From: Gracilinanus agilis
Taxonomy: Eukaryota
Length of the DNA: 64,000 bases
Assembly (NCBI RefSeq): GCF_016433145.1
Contig: NC_058135.1
Span: 276,390,426-276,454,425, forward strand
Direction: 5' to 3'
In this document: positions 53,621 to 64,000 of the stretch, piece by piece
Position numbering within the stretch: position 1 is the first letter of the stretch
Layout of the letters: the number at the start of each line of letters is the position of its first letter
The notes under the pieces: generated by a model
Database searches by the model: none
Told to the model about the DNA's origin: nothing
The model's input: the letters and a program-made list of their open reading frames with translations, nothing else
Made by a program: the position numbers and the translations under genes

Positions 53621-54565
53621 ATCATTTATACTAAGCAAAGCACTGGGCTAAACATTTGGACAAGAATAGAGAACAACCCATATTTTCAAGGAGTGAAAAT
53701 ATGTGGGGTCCCTAATAGGCCTAGATAATACATAGAGAATATTTGAGCAATAAGTCAAATAAAAAGAGCTTTAAATATGACGACATATGATAAAATGTCT
53801 TTAATTGCATTTTATGTCTCTTTTTTAGCATGAATCATATTTTCAAAAACATTCATAGTGGATAAATTTCATTTTTAGCTTAATAGTTGGGGCCACAGGA
53901 TTTACTAAAGTCCTATGTATCTTTACTAAAGGATTCATCCCCACTGAAGCAATTTCTTGAGATGTTAATGGAAAGAAGTCTAAGACTATGACTGATATGT
54001 AGAGGCTACTGCCACTCCCAAGGCTCATTGGGGTACCAATTGCAGGTGACAGGTGTTTGTAGAAATGAGAAGTGATGATTCATTCTCCACAATAAATGAT
54101 TCTGTCAAAGATGATATTAGAGACCTAGCTTGAAACAGGACTAGTTTTCTATGTACCAGATGTCAAAATAATATTTGACATATATAAAAATATTGCACAA
54201 CTGAAAACATTGTCTTAATCTTTTTTTTAACACTTATCTTCCATCTTAGAATTGATACTGAATATTTGGTAGGACTCTTTCTTTGATCATTTTGCCAAAT
54301 AGTTTATATAGTATTGAAATTAATTGTTCTTTAAATGTTTGAAAAAATTAACTTGTAAATCCATCTGACCCTGAGGATATTTTTTAGGGAGTTCATTGAT
54401 TGCTTGTTCAATTTCTTTTTCTGAGCTGGGATTATTTAAGTATTCTACTTCCTCTTTTGTTAATCTGGGTAATTTATATTTTATAAATATTCACCCATTT
54501 CACCTAGATTGTCAGATTTTTTTATCATATTCTTGGGCAAAATAGATCCTAATGATTACTTTACA

Positions 54566-56030
54566 TTTCTATGTTAAGATGGCTGTAGAGTAGCAGCAAG
54601 ACACTTCACTCTCTTAACCAACCCATACATGATACCTCAAAAGGACACAAAAGCCAAATCCAGATGAACAAAGGGACCCCACAATAGAGTATGTGGGATT
54701 TGGGCATTTCCACGCTATAGGGGATGAAATAGCTCCCAATAAAATGTGAGCTGATCTACCCTCTTACAATGCCAGAGACAGCAGACAAGAGTTAGAGCAA
54801 GCATGGGGCCTTTCACTAAGTTCTTGGAAGCTAACTAGGACCACCAGGATCTTGCTCCTGAGAGCAGCAAGACTTAAGACCCCAAGAGGCTAAAGAACAT
54901 GGAACTTGAACTTAGACCTTGGGCATGGATCTAGAGAGGAGAAGGGTGACAGACAGTGGAAGCAGCATGCTGAGACTTGTAAAGAAGCCTCTGGCAGAGG
55001 AGCAAGCAGGGGGCAATCTCTGGATTCCTGGCATCTGACATGGACAACCAGGAGGCTTGACCCTGAGAACAGCTAGACTTGAAACCCCAGGAGCCTAAAG
55101 AGAGCAGACCTTTAGCATGAGGATAAAGCTGAGAGGGGCTGCACTGCACTGTGACTCATAAAGTAGCCTCAGGCAAAAACTGCTCCACAGCTCAATACAC
55201 CGAGAATGTGCCCACCTCACTCAGATTTCTGACTGAGAAGGAAACACCAGCATAATAATGGCAAGCAATGCCCAAGAACTAATCAAGAGAAAAAAAAAGA
55301 GAAAAGCATTAACACTCAATAACTTTTACACTGAAAAAATCCAGACAACAGAAGAGACAGTGAGGGAGGGCAAGGCAGGGAGCTGCTTGACCCTTGCAAA
55401 ACATTTCATTGCAAGACATGGCAAGCAGGCCCCTGACAAAGTGCATAGATGTGAAAACGCCCTAACTGCAGACCCCTGACCTAGTGCTAACTCCCTAACT
55501 GCAGACCCCTGACAAGTACATAGATGTGTCAATGCCCTAACTGGAAGAGATGCCTATGAACCCCATAGGCTGATAAGGGGCGGGCATAAAACTCCTGTAC
55601 TCAGGAGCCACAGGGGGAGCTCTTAGGCTGAGCTCCCCTGGAGCACACCAGATCAATAAATGACCCTTCTTGCTTAATTGCATTGTCTGCTGGTCTTCTT
55701 TGGTAGTGGGCTATGACTCAGACCCCAACAAAAGCAGAGGAGGACAAGCAAATAAACACATCCTAACTTTCCCCAAAAAATGAAAATTGGTCATGAGTTC
55801 TTGAAGAGTTCAAATCTGAGATCATGAGAAAGATGGAAGAGATTTGGCAAGAAAAGTGGAAAATAGCTCAAAAGGAAATTAACAGTTTAAAAGACAGAAA
55901 CTCCCAATTGGAGAAAGATGCTCCAAAATCAAATGAAATGATAAGCAAATTGGAGACTCAAATTAAACAGCAGGGAACCATGAAAAACAGGATAGACCAA
56001 ATTGAAAAGGAAAATCAAAAATTTATAGCA
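54566..56030 (+). mobile_element. L1 5'UTR and start of ORF1, lacking its 3' part
   Basis: gttaagatggc start as at 61371; ORF1 start MASNAQELIKRKK at 55258 and MRKMEEIWQEKW... Confidence 0.8.
55361..55730 (+). mobile_element. Solo LTR (370 bp) inserted in L1 ORF1
   Basis: TG...AACA, cataaaa TATA, aataaa, internal repeat ccctaactgcagacccctgac x2; L1 ORF1 resumes on both sides (acag / aaag near-TSD). Confidence 0.75.
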
Positions 56031-56535
56031 TGATTAATTTCATATTCATTGGAGATGAATTAACCCTTTTCATTTTTGATATTGGTAATTTTAATTGGTA
56101 ATTTTCTTTTCCTTTTTTAATTAAATCAACCAATTCTCTGTATTACTGTTGTTGCTTTTTTATTTTTCATGAAACCAATTCCTAATCTTACTCCATAAAT
56201 CAATGGTTCTCTTATATTTAATTTCATTCATTTCTCCTTTAATTTTCAAAATTTTCAAATTAAGCCTTAATTGCTGATTTTTAACTTATTCTTTTTCTAG
56301 TTTATTTTTAGTTGCATGCTCAATTCATTGATTTGCTTTTTCTCTATTTTACTGATATACACTTTCCCCTAAGAACTGCTTTGACTGGATCTAATAAATT
56401 GTGATATGTTGTTTCCTCATTTTCATAGTCTTTAATAAAATCATTGTTTCCATAATTTTTCTTTGACACCTCTTCTTAAGAATTAGATTATTTAGTTTCC
56501 AATTACTTTTTAATCTGTCTTTCCCTATGGATAAT

Positions 56536-57500
56536 AATAAAGAACTACTGACATTGAATTGAATGAAGGCCCAGCCAGCTGCCTCTTTCCATCTGCCTGT
56601 CCTGGCTAACTTGGGTCCTGGTGGTATTAAAAAAATTTTAAATTAAAAAAAAAAAAGAGCTTGCATGTTGGTGTAAAGAAGAACCTGGGTGGGACTACAG
56701 TAAATCTAGTTAACAATAAAATGCAAAGCTGTACCAAGGTCCTAGTAAGCTGTAAAATGCAGTTAATCAGAGTGCCTTTTTTTTTGTTAAAATGTTTTTA
56801 ATTATTAGAATGCATAAGTTTTTTTAATATGTAAATAAAAAAGTTTTAAAACCTGACTGGTATTGCCGTGGTATCTTTGGAAGATAGATGTTGCAGGAAG
56901 AAAAAGTGTTCATCACTGACTGGTGATGGTTGGGATTTGTTTGAAAAAAAGAAATAAATGCCAAAAATTATGGGATTTGTATGTTAGGTAAATCCTACTG
57001 TAGGATAAGAATTTCCATCCCCAATTATGTCAAATATTTGTATATATGGCAAGCATTCTGTACTGGTTATCCATGACATCATTTTCTTAGATTTAATTAT
57101 TATTAGAATTTGGCTTATTTACCTCTAATCTCAGTATCTGTACTTGTTAAGTGTTGTAGAAACTGCTCTATCCACATTTTGGGATTCTTTTTGTGTGACA
57201 TAATCACAGATTGGTTTGCAACTTGGTACCATAAATCTAGCACCAAGTAAAATTATCCAATTAATGGCATTGGTGCAAATACAGCCTGTTTAGGAATTGG
57301 GAATTTCATGCCTTGTAGCAGGGGAATTGTACATGTGCATTCACCTTACTGTTTGGCAGCCTAATTTCTATTGAATGGTAAAGTGAACTGAACATTATCT
57401 TTTTTTCCAATAACAATTGTGATTTTGACAATTCATTGTACCATCTTGTATTAATTTGCATAATAAACCTTGATGGACTAAAAGGAGAGTAAAAAAAAAA
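56536..57500 (+). pseudogene. TMSB4X: Thymosin beta-4 retrocopy, 3'UTR only (duplicate, CDS lost)
   Basis: Matches 26000-26945 with poly(A) and TSD remnant; retains about 18 bp deleted in copy A. Confidence 0.85.
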
Positions 57501-58121
57501 AAGAAAAGAAATGATTGTAAAAATTGAAAAAAAAACAGTAATCATCCTTACTTTTAGCAAAGCCTGGATAGCCTGAATATACTTTTTGCCTTCGAACAGA
57601 ATTAATGGACATCTGTGTATGGTGGGCATTAATTTACTGATAAAATCTACAATAAAGAAGAATATTGGTAAATGCCATTCTATGCAGAATTGCAGAGAAT
57701 GTCTCTCAACCCATTCAGATCAGTATAAAAAACCCACACTTAACAATACAATAAATCAGAATATACTTTTACTTTTTCTAATTATCCATTTCCTAATGAG
57801 GCCCAAGGTAAAATCATACTTTAATGCATATGGGAACACTTTGTATAGAAGTGAGCTTTATGTTAAGCAAATCAGGATGTCTTAAAACTCTTTTCTCTTC
57901 AAATCCTTTTAATAAAACAGTCCCTGATCTAAAGAAACTTGCGTGCTATGAGAATAAAACAACAATGCATGGTGCTGAGAGGGAAAAGGTCAATCCAGGA
58001 CAAAAGGGAAATTATAAATCTTTTATGAGGCATATAGTAGCCCAGAATTTTGATGAGATGGGGAGGTTAGTGGAGGTCAATATTATAGTCTGTTCAGATC
58101 TGTTAAATACAAGGATTTTAA

Positions 58122-58687
58122 TCCTTCAATTGGGGCATGGCTGAACAAATTGTGGTATCTGTTGGTGATGGAATTCTATTATTCTGAAAGGAATAAAGAA
58201 CTGGAGGAATTCCATGTGATCTGTAATGAGCTCCAGGAATTGATGCAGAGTGAAAGGAGCAGAACTAGGAGAACATTATACAGAGAGGCTCATACACTGA
58301 GGTATAAATGAACATAACAGACTTCTCTGCTAGCAGCAATGCAAGAATCCAGACAAAGGCTGAGGGACTTAATAGAAAGAAAACTAGCCACATTCAGAGG
58401 AAGAACTGTGGAAGGAGAAACACAGAGGAAAAACAACTGCTTGAACACATGGGCTGAGGGGGATATTATTGGGGATGGAGACACTAAACAATAACTCTAG
58501 TCCAACTATCAATAATATGGAATTATGTCTTAATCAATGATACATGTAAAACCCAGTGGAATTGTGTGCTGGCTAAGGGGCACTAGGGGGTTTGCAGAGA
58601 GGGAAAGAACATGAAACATGTATCTATGGGAAATATTCAAAATAAAAATAAAAATATTTATAAATAAACAAACAAACAAATAAATAA
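58122..58687 (+). mobile_element. 5'-truncated L1 (duplicate of 27568-28133)
   Basis: Same junctions and TSD (aaggattttaa / aaggatgttag). Confidence 0.9.
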
Positions 58688-59394
58688 AAGGATGTTAGAT
58701 AAGTGGGGAAATTGCTTCCTAGACAAAAAATCAAATACTGTTAGTTCACATAATAGATGGGGAGAAAGATATAGGGCATGTCAGAATACTTTATTGTTGG
58801 AATCATTCATCTTCTTCTGCATTGTCATAATTAAGGATTACTTACTTTGGTTCTTCCTCATTTAATTTACAAACAATTTTGTTAAGTTAGGCTAAATATA
58901 TCTCTTCCATATCCTACTCAGCTCATCTGGGCTTCTATGTACTAAGCTACAGAAACTCATCAAAATGAGAACTAAATCAAAGTTCTCTATAATTATTGTT
59001 ATGGAAGAGAATCTTACTGATACTATGAACATGGGAAAGCAGATTCATTTGTTCATGGATTCAACTGGATTCATCTCCCAAAAGCTAAGCATCAAGTAAA
59101 AACAACAGCCAATTTATATAGGGTTCTATACATGCTGAAGCTAAGGATGAGGGGAGGGGTCAGGATTATGAGTAAGACTGAAGACATCTGACTATTCTTG
59201 TTTACAGAGCAGACAGAGGACCCAGACAACCCAAGATCAGAGCAGAGGTGAGGGAAGTCAGAGAGGACTGTTAAGGGGTAGCAGGAAGTGATGTTCCTGG
59301 GATTCAAGGCCAGGACACAGCCAGAGAAAAGAGGGGACAAGAAGAAGTACTCAAATAAGGTTTATTCCTTTTATTCTCAGAATATGTTCTCTGA

Positions 59395-60114
59395 ATGGAA
59401 GAAATGATCAGGTTAAATTTAACTATTGGGAGAGAGATGGTTCAATTCTTCTTCATTCTGAGTATCATAAAATATTTTGCTCAGCTTTTCCTTAAATAAC
59501 TGACCATAACTCTGGGGCTTTTTAGGCTAATTATCAACACTAGTATTGATTCTTATCTCCAAATGCCCATGTCCCTTTTTCCTCCTTAAACATCTCACAT
59601 TTGTTGATCTTGGTTATGAGTATTGGTCCAAAGATGCTAGTTTGTTTCAAAGAAGAGAAAATTTTCCTTACATTTAGTGCATGTGCAATAAAGCTAATGG
59701 ATATTTAACACTAGTGATTTTTTTTTCTTGTCAGCCATAGACTATATAACTACTTTGTAGCTATCCTCAAGCCCTTCTGTATAAGTTTATCATTGCAGAC
59801 AGGGTATATCTCATCTTGGTGGCTCTGTCATGTCTTTATAGAATAGCTGTAAACGTCCAGATTAAAATAAACATTTTTAAATGATTCATCCTTAAATCAA
59901 ATGTATTAAGAAATTTCATCTATGATATCCCTTCATTATTGCTTATTATATGCTCAGATACTAACTGATTATTGTGATCATTACTGTATTTTATCTAGTT
60001 TCTTTCCTCCTGATCATTCTGATCCCCTTATATTTGAGGCCAGCCTCAAGATGAACTTTCCTAAGAGCAAAGACAAACTCTTATCTAGCTGTGACTTTCA
60101 TTTTACAGTGGTAG
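59395..60114 (+). pseudogene. OR8K-like pseudogene B (start to TM6), frameshifted
   Basis: MEEMIRLNLTIGREMVQFFFI start 14 nt after the acceptor; decayed DSYLQMPM, HLTFVDLGY, GPKML; ends at the LTR insertion in VVV. Confidence 0.85.
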
Positions 60115-61370
60115 TGTATAATTTGAATCTGTTACCCTAAAAATTATTATCCCCAGCAAAACTATTATTCCCAGCATCCTACTCACTTTCTATTGTTATG
60201 TGCTAACACAGACAGGATATAAATTGGGTGGAGTTCCATGTCTATCTCTATTTTTCCTTCCTGTTGGCAGCTTTGGTAGAGTGGGCTTTTTTGAGCAAGT
60301 AGAAAAAACTTAGTCACCTGGTTATATTTTGTCAGATAATAAACAATAAAAAGTAATACTTGAAATATTGCATGTTAATTTAAATCCTACATTCATGGTG
60401 ACTAGAAGTGGGATTCAGAAACTCTTAATTCTCTCTGAGAAGATTAGTTTGAAAAGAAACTAAATTTCTCCTGCTACACCTTTTCACACCTCCTCCCCAA
60501 CAACCTCCCCCCGCCCCAGTATTCTCTTCAGAGCTTCTGCCTTTTGCTGCCACTCCTACTCCTCCTGTTGCTGTTGCTGTTGCTGCTGCTGATTGAAGAT
60601 GCTCTCTAGAGCATTGGAAAGTATGAATCCTTTCCCTTACATTGCCAATAGCTGAGTGTTTGCTGCTTGCCTTGGAAGCTCAGGTGTGTTTCCCTTAGGC
60701 CAGGGGTAGGCAACCTTTTTGGCCATGAGAGCCATAAACGATATATTTTTTAAAATGTAATTTCGTGAGAGCCATACAATGCTGACAGTGCGCGCTCCTG
60801 TAACAGCACCTGAAAAAAAAAATTGATTTATGGCTCCTGCAGAAAGAGCCATATCTTGCCCTCAAAAGAGCCAGATATGGCTCGAAAGCCATATGTTGCT
60901 GACCCCTACCTTAGGCAATAATTAGCCTCCTAAAGGGCTTTTACCCTGTCCATGTGGCAGGGGAAGCAAGCTGTTCCCTGCTGTTTTTACCCCTAAGGGG
61001 AAGGAAAGAAAGGTTACTCTTCCAAATAGGAAGTAGAATTGCAAGCATGGCTCCTTCTATGAAAGAGATGTGTATTACTTATCTCAAACAGTTCCCAGTT
61101 TTAGGATGCTTTTTCTTCCTACTATTCCTGAGTGCACTGGTCCTTGTGATTAGCTTGCCTGAGATTCAGGGGAGAAATTCATCTCTCTACCCATCCCCTT
61201 GCTATTCTGGACTTCCCAATCTCTACAATATATCCAATATGGCTTTCCTCCACAGTATTTTCAGCATGGAATTCTCCCTCAATATGAGAGATCCTAGAGG
61301 TGTGATGAAAAGGAACCTAGATGGATGATGATACTATGGAGGGGAAGGAACCTTAAAAAGTCTGGAGGTG
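60115..61370 (+). mobile_element. Duplicate of the Leu-PBS LTR element (5' LTR 60115-60391 plus internal region), interrupted by L1
   Basis: Matches 38666-39909; preceded by gtag TSD half. Confidence 0.85.
60701..60908. mobile_element. hAT MITE duplicate
   Basis: Same TIRs and ccttaggc TSD as 39240-39447. Confidence 0.9.
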
Positions 61371-62169
61371 GACTTCTGGTTAAGATGGCGGCAGTGTAAG
61401 GAGCAGCTGCTCGATCTCTCCTGACCGAAGCATACAGAACCCCTCAAGGGGAAATAAAAACGAGTCCAGAGGAACGAAGGAACCCCACAACAGGGCGCAG
61501 CATTGAAGGTACACAGAATCGGGGCATTTCCATGCTATAGGGGGGTGAAACAGCTCTCACTAAACCACAAGAGGAAGAAGCCCCTCCCCCACCCCCACAC
61601 TGCACACCTCGCACAATGCACCAACACACAAGTGTGAAAACAGGACTGGGGCAACCAGATAATCACTGGCAGCCCCAGGGCTTATACCTGTGTGCTGCAA
61701 GGCGAGGGACCCCAGGTGGCTGGGGGTGTACACGGACTTTCCCCAAGCCTCCACGTGGGTGAAGGCATTGCCTCAGGCTGGGAGAAAGGCCCCTAAAAAA
61801 ACGGCCTTTCCCAAGGGCTGAAGGCATCACCTCAGGTGTGAATAAAGATCTCCAGCCCACAGACTTTCACTACCTTCTTCGGGGGTGAAGGCTGGGCCCT
61901 AAGAGCATCTGCACAGGCAAAGGCAGTGCCCTAGGCTTGAATCACTATCTCCAGCCAAGGCTTGGACCTCCAGTGAGGAACCTGTGCAGACCCAGCGGGG
62001 CAGTGGAAGCAGCCCCTAAGACTGCTGAAGGAACCTCCGGCAGAGGGGCAGACTGGGAACTACCAGGAGGCCTGACCCCGAGGACAAGGAGACCGGAGCC
62101 CCCCTGAGCTTGCAAGGCTCAGGCAGACCCTGAGTGTGAAGACAAAGCAGAAAAGGGGCGGAGCTAACA

Positions 62170-63203
62170 ATGGCAAGCAATAAGGAAGTCCAGAAGAAAA
62201 AGACTATCAAGAGAAACTCTGGAACACTCGACAATTTCTACACAGAGAAAATCCAGACAACAGAGGAGGGAAAAAAAAAATCCAAACCTCCCCCAAAAAA
62301 TGAAAGCTGGTCACAAGCTATGGAAGAGTTTAAAAATGAAATGCTGAGGAAGATGGAAGAAATCTGGCAAGAAAATATCGTTTAAAAGGCAGAATTTTGC
62401 AATTGGAAAGTGAGACAAGTCAACTGAAGACCAAAAATGACCAGATTGAAAAGGAAAACCAAAAAATTATAGCCGAAAACCAAAACATTAAAGCCGAAAA
62501 CCAAAACATTAAAGCCGAAAACCAGTCCTTAAAGGCTAGAATCAAACATTTAGAAACCAATGATCTCTCAAGACAACAAGAACAAATAAAACAAAGTCAA
62601 AAGACTGATAAAATAGAAGGAAATATGAAATATCTCAATGAGAGAGTGACAGACCAAGAAAACCGTTCTAGAAGAGACAACTTGAGAATCATTGGTCTTC
62701 CAGAAAAGGCAGAAATTAATAGAGACTTTGACTCCATACTTAAAGAAATTATTCAGCAAAATTGCCCTGAAGTTCTACAACAAGAGGGCAATATAGACAT
62801 TGAAAGGATCCATAGAACACCCTCTACACTGGACCCAGAAAAGTCAACACCCAGAAATATAATAGCGAAATTGAAGAGCTTTTGAGTTAAAGAAAAAATG
62901 TTACAAGAAGCCAGAAAGAGACAATTCAAATACCAAAGAGTACCAATAAGGATCACACAGGATCTGGCAGCCTCAATGCTAAAAGACCGCTAGGCTTGGA
63001 ATACAATATTCAGAAAGGCAAGAGAGCTGGGCCTTCAGCCAAGAATCAACTACCCAGCGAAACTGACTATATACTTTCAGGTGAAAGTATGGGCATTCAA
63101 CAAAATTGAAGAATTCCAAGTTTTTGCACAAAAGAGAAAGGGACTAAATGGAAAGTTTGACACTCAACCATAAACATCAAGAGAAAGATGAAAAGGTAAA
63201 TAA
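62170..63203 (+). pseudogene. L1 ORF1p, disrupted by stops and frameshifts
   Basis: MASNKEVQKK..., coiled coil, ENRSRRDNLRIIGLPE, IERIHRTP, PRNIIAK; stop at 62383 and later. Confidence 0.9.
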
Positions 63204-63897
63204 GAAACAGAGGGAAAAGAAAGAAAACTTATAGTCTTTTAAGCTTGACTCTTTAAGGGCATAAATAAGATCTAATTATCTGTATTACTAGGTGGAGAAA
63301 TGCTATGTATAATTCTCTGTAGTGAACTCTATACACTATTATAATATTCATTACTATAGAATAATAATTCATAGGGAGAGGACAGGATACTAAATGGTCT
63401 AAGAAGGGTTGGAAAGACTGGGGGGGGGAATAGTAGAGGACACCAAGAAAAATCTGTGTAAATAAGAAAAATAAGATATTCTTTTACACACAAAGAGGGC
63501 ATGGGAAGGGGAGGGGATAAATAATACCATAAGAAGGAGAGGAAGAGAGCATAATCAAACCTTACTCTCAGTGTAATCAACCTGGAGAAGGAAGAGTAGC
63601 TTTATTATCCATCCAGATAAAAAACTCTATCTAACAATACTAAGAAAGTCAGAAGGGATAAACCAAAGGGAACAGGGGAGTGGGGAGGCCAAAAAAGAGA
63701 GGGGAGAAGGAGGGGGAGGGAATTCATTTGGTCTTTAAAAAAAAAAAAACAAAAAAACAAAGAGGTGAACAACAAGGGAAGGGGCAGAAAGGGAAGTCAA
63801 TCAAGGGAGGGGATAAGGGATACTGGCTCAAAGCAAACCACTGGTGTAAAAGAAAATAGTGTAATAAGAAGGAGTGGGTCTAGGGGAGGAAACAAAA

Positions 63898-64000
63898 ATG
63901 TCAGTGAATACACAACTAACAATTGTAACTCTGAATGTGAATGGGATGAACTCACTCATAAAACAGAAGCAAATAGCAGAGTGGATCAGAAACTAATATC
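63898..64000 (+). CDS. L1 ORF2p N-terminus (endonuclease), partial
   Basis: MSVNTQLTIVTLNVNGMNSLIKQKQIAEWIRN. Confidence 0.85.

Larger units (their letters stand above)
54263..56530 (-). mobile_element. Antisense L1 ORF2 fragment, interrupted at 54566-56030
   Basis: ccatctgaccctgagg...ttcacctagatt...gggcaaaatag continues collinearly after 56030 (ttaatttc...cccttttcatttttgat). Confidence 0.7.
56536..61370 (+). repeat. Segmental duplication copy B (matches 26000-28909 and 38666-39909)
   Basis: Continuous alignment, roughly 90-95% identical by eye, with shared insertions at identical junctions. Confidence 0.95.
61371..64000 (+). mobile_element. 5'-intact L1 (5'UTR, ORF1, inter-ORF, start of ORF2), runs off window
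   Basis: gacttctggttaagatggcggc start, relatively CpG-rich 5'UTR; inserted after tt/aaaaagtctggaggtg (probable left TSD). Confidence 0.95.

Noticed and set aside
55430-55535. Short direct repeats with spacers resembling a CRISPR-like array
   Set aside because: Only two to three imperfect units inside an LTR U3 region, in a mammalian genome.
56536-61370. Duplication as a simple assembly artefact
   Set aside because: Copies differ by many substitutions, indels and private insertions, more than expected for alleles; not formally excluded without reads.

Overview
AT-rich mammalian DNA, most likely from the opossum Monodelphis or a close marsupial, judged from SINE1_Mdo-like and L1_Mdo-like repeats (inference from remembered consensus motifs). 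It is part of an olfactory-receptor cluster. There are three intact single-coding-exon OR8K-like genes (5519-6469, 19924-20901, 46541-47488) and two decayed OR paralogues inside a segmental duplication (copy A about 26000-28909 plus 38666-39909; copy B 56536-61370). The duplicated unit carries a processed thymosin beta-4 retrocopy (full-length, intact ORF and 15-bp TSD in copy A), a short L1, and a 2.7-kb non-coding LTR element with a tRNA-Leu PBS that itself holds a hAT MITE. Copy A also contains a class I endogenous retrovirus on the minus strand (28910-37713), the most unusual object here. It has no env, and its Gag starts with hydrophobic membrane-anchor-like segments rather than a myristoylation signal. 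About 500 codons separate the zinc knuckle from the protease active site, most of them open in the Gag frame. Its 5' LTR/PBS has been replaced by an inverted copy of the 3' LTR plus host flank, so gag-pol sits between ~920-bp inverted repeats. Copy B is cut by a 5'-intact L1 starting at 61371 that runs off the window. All alignments and identities are by eye; no database search was run.
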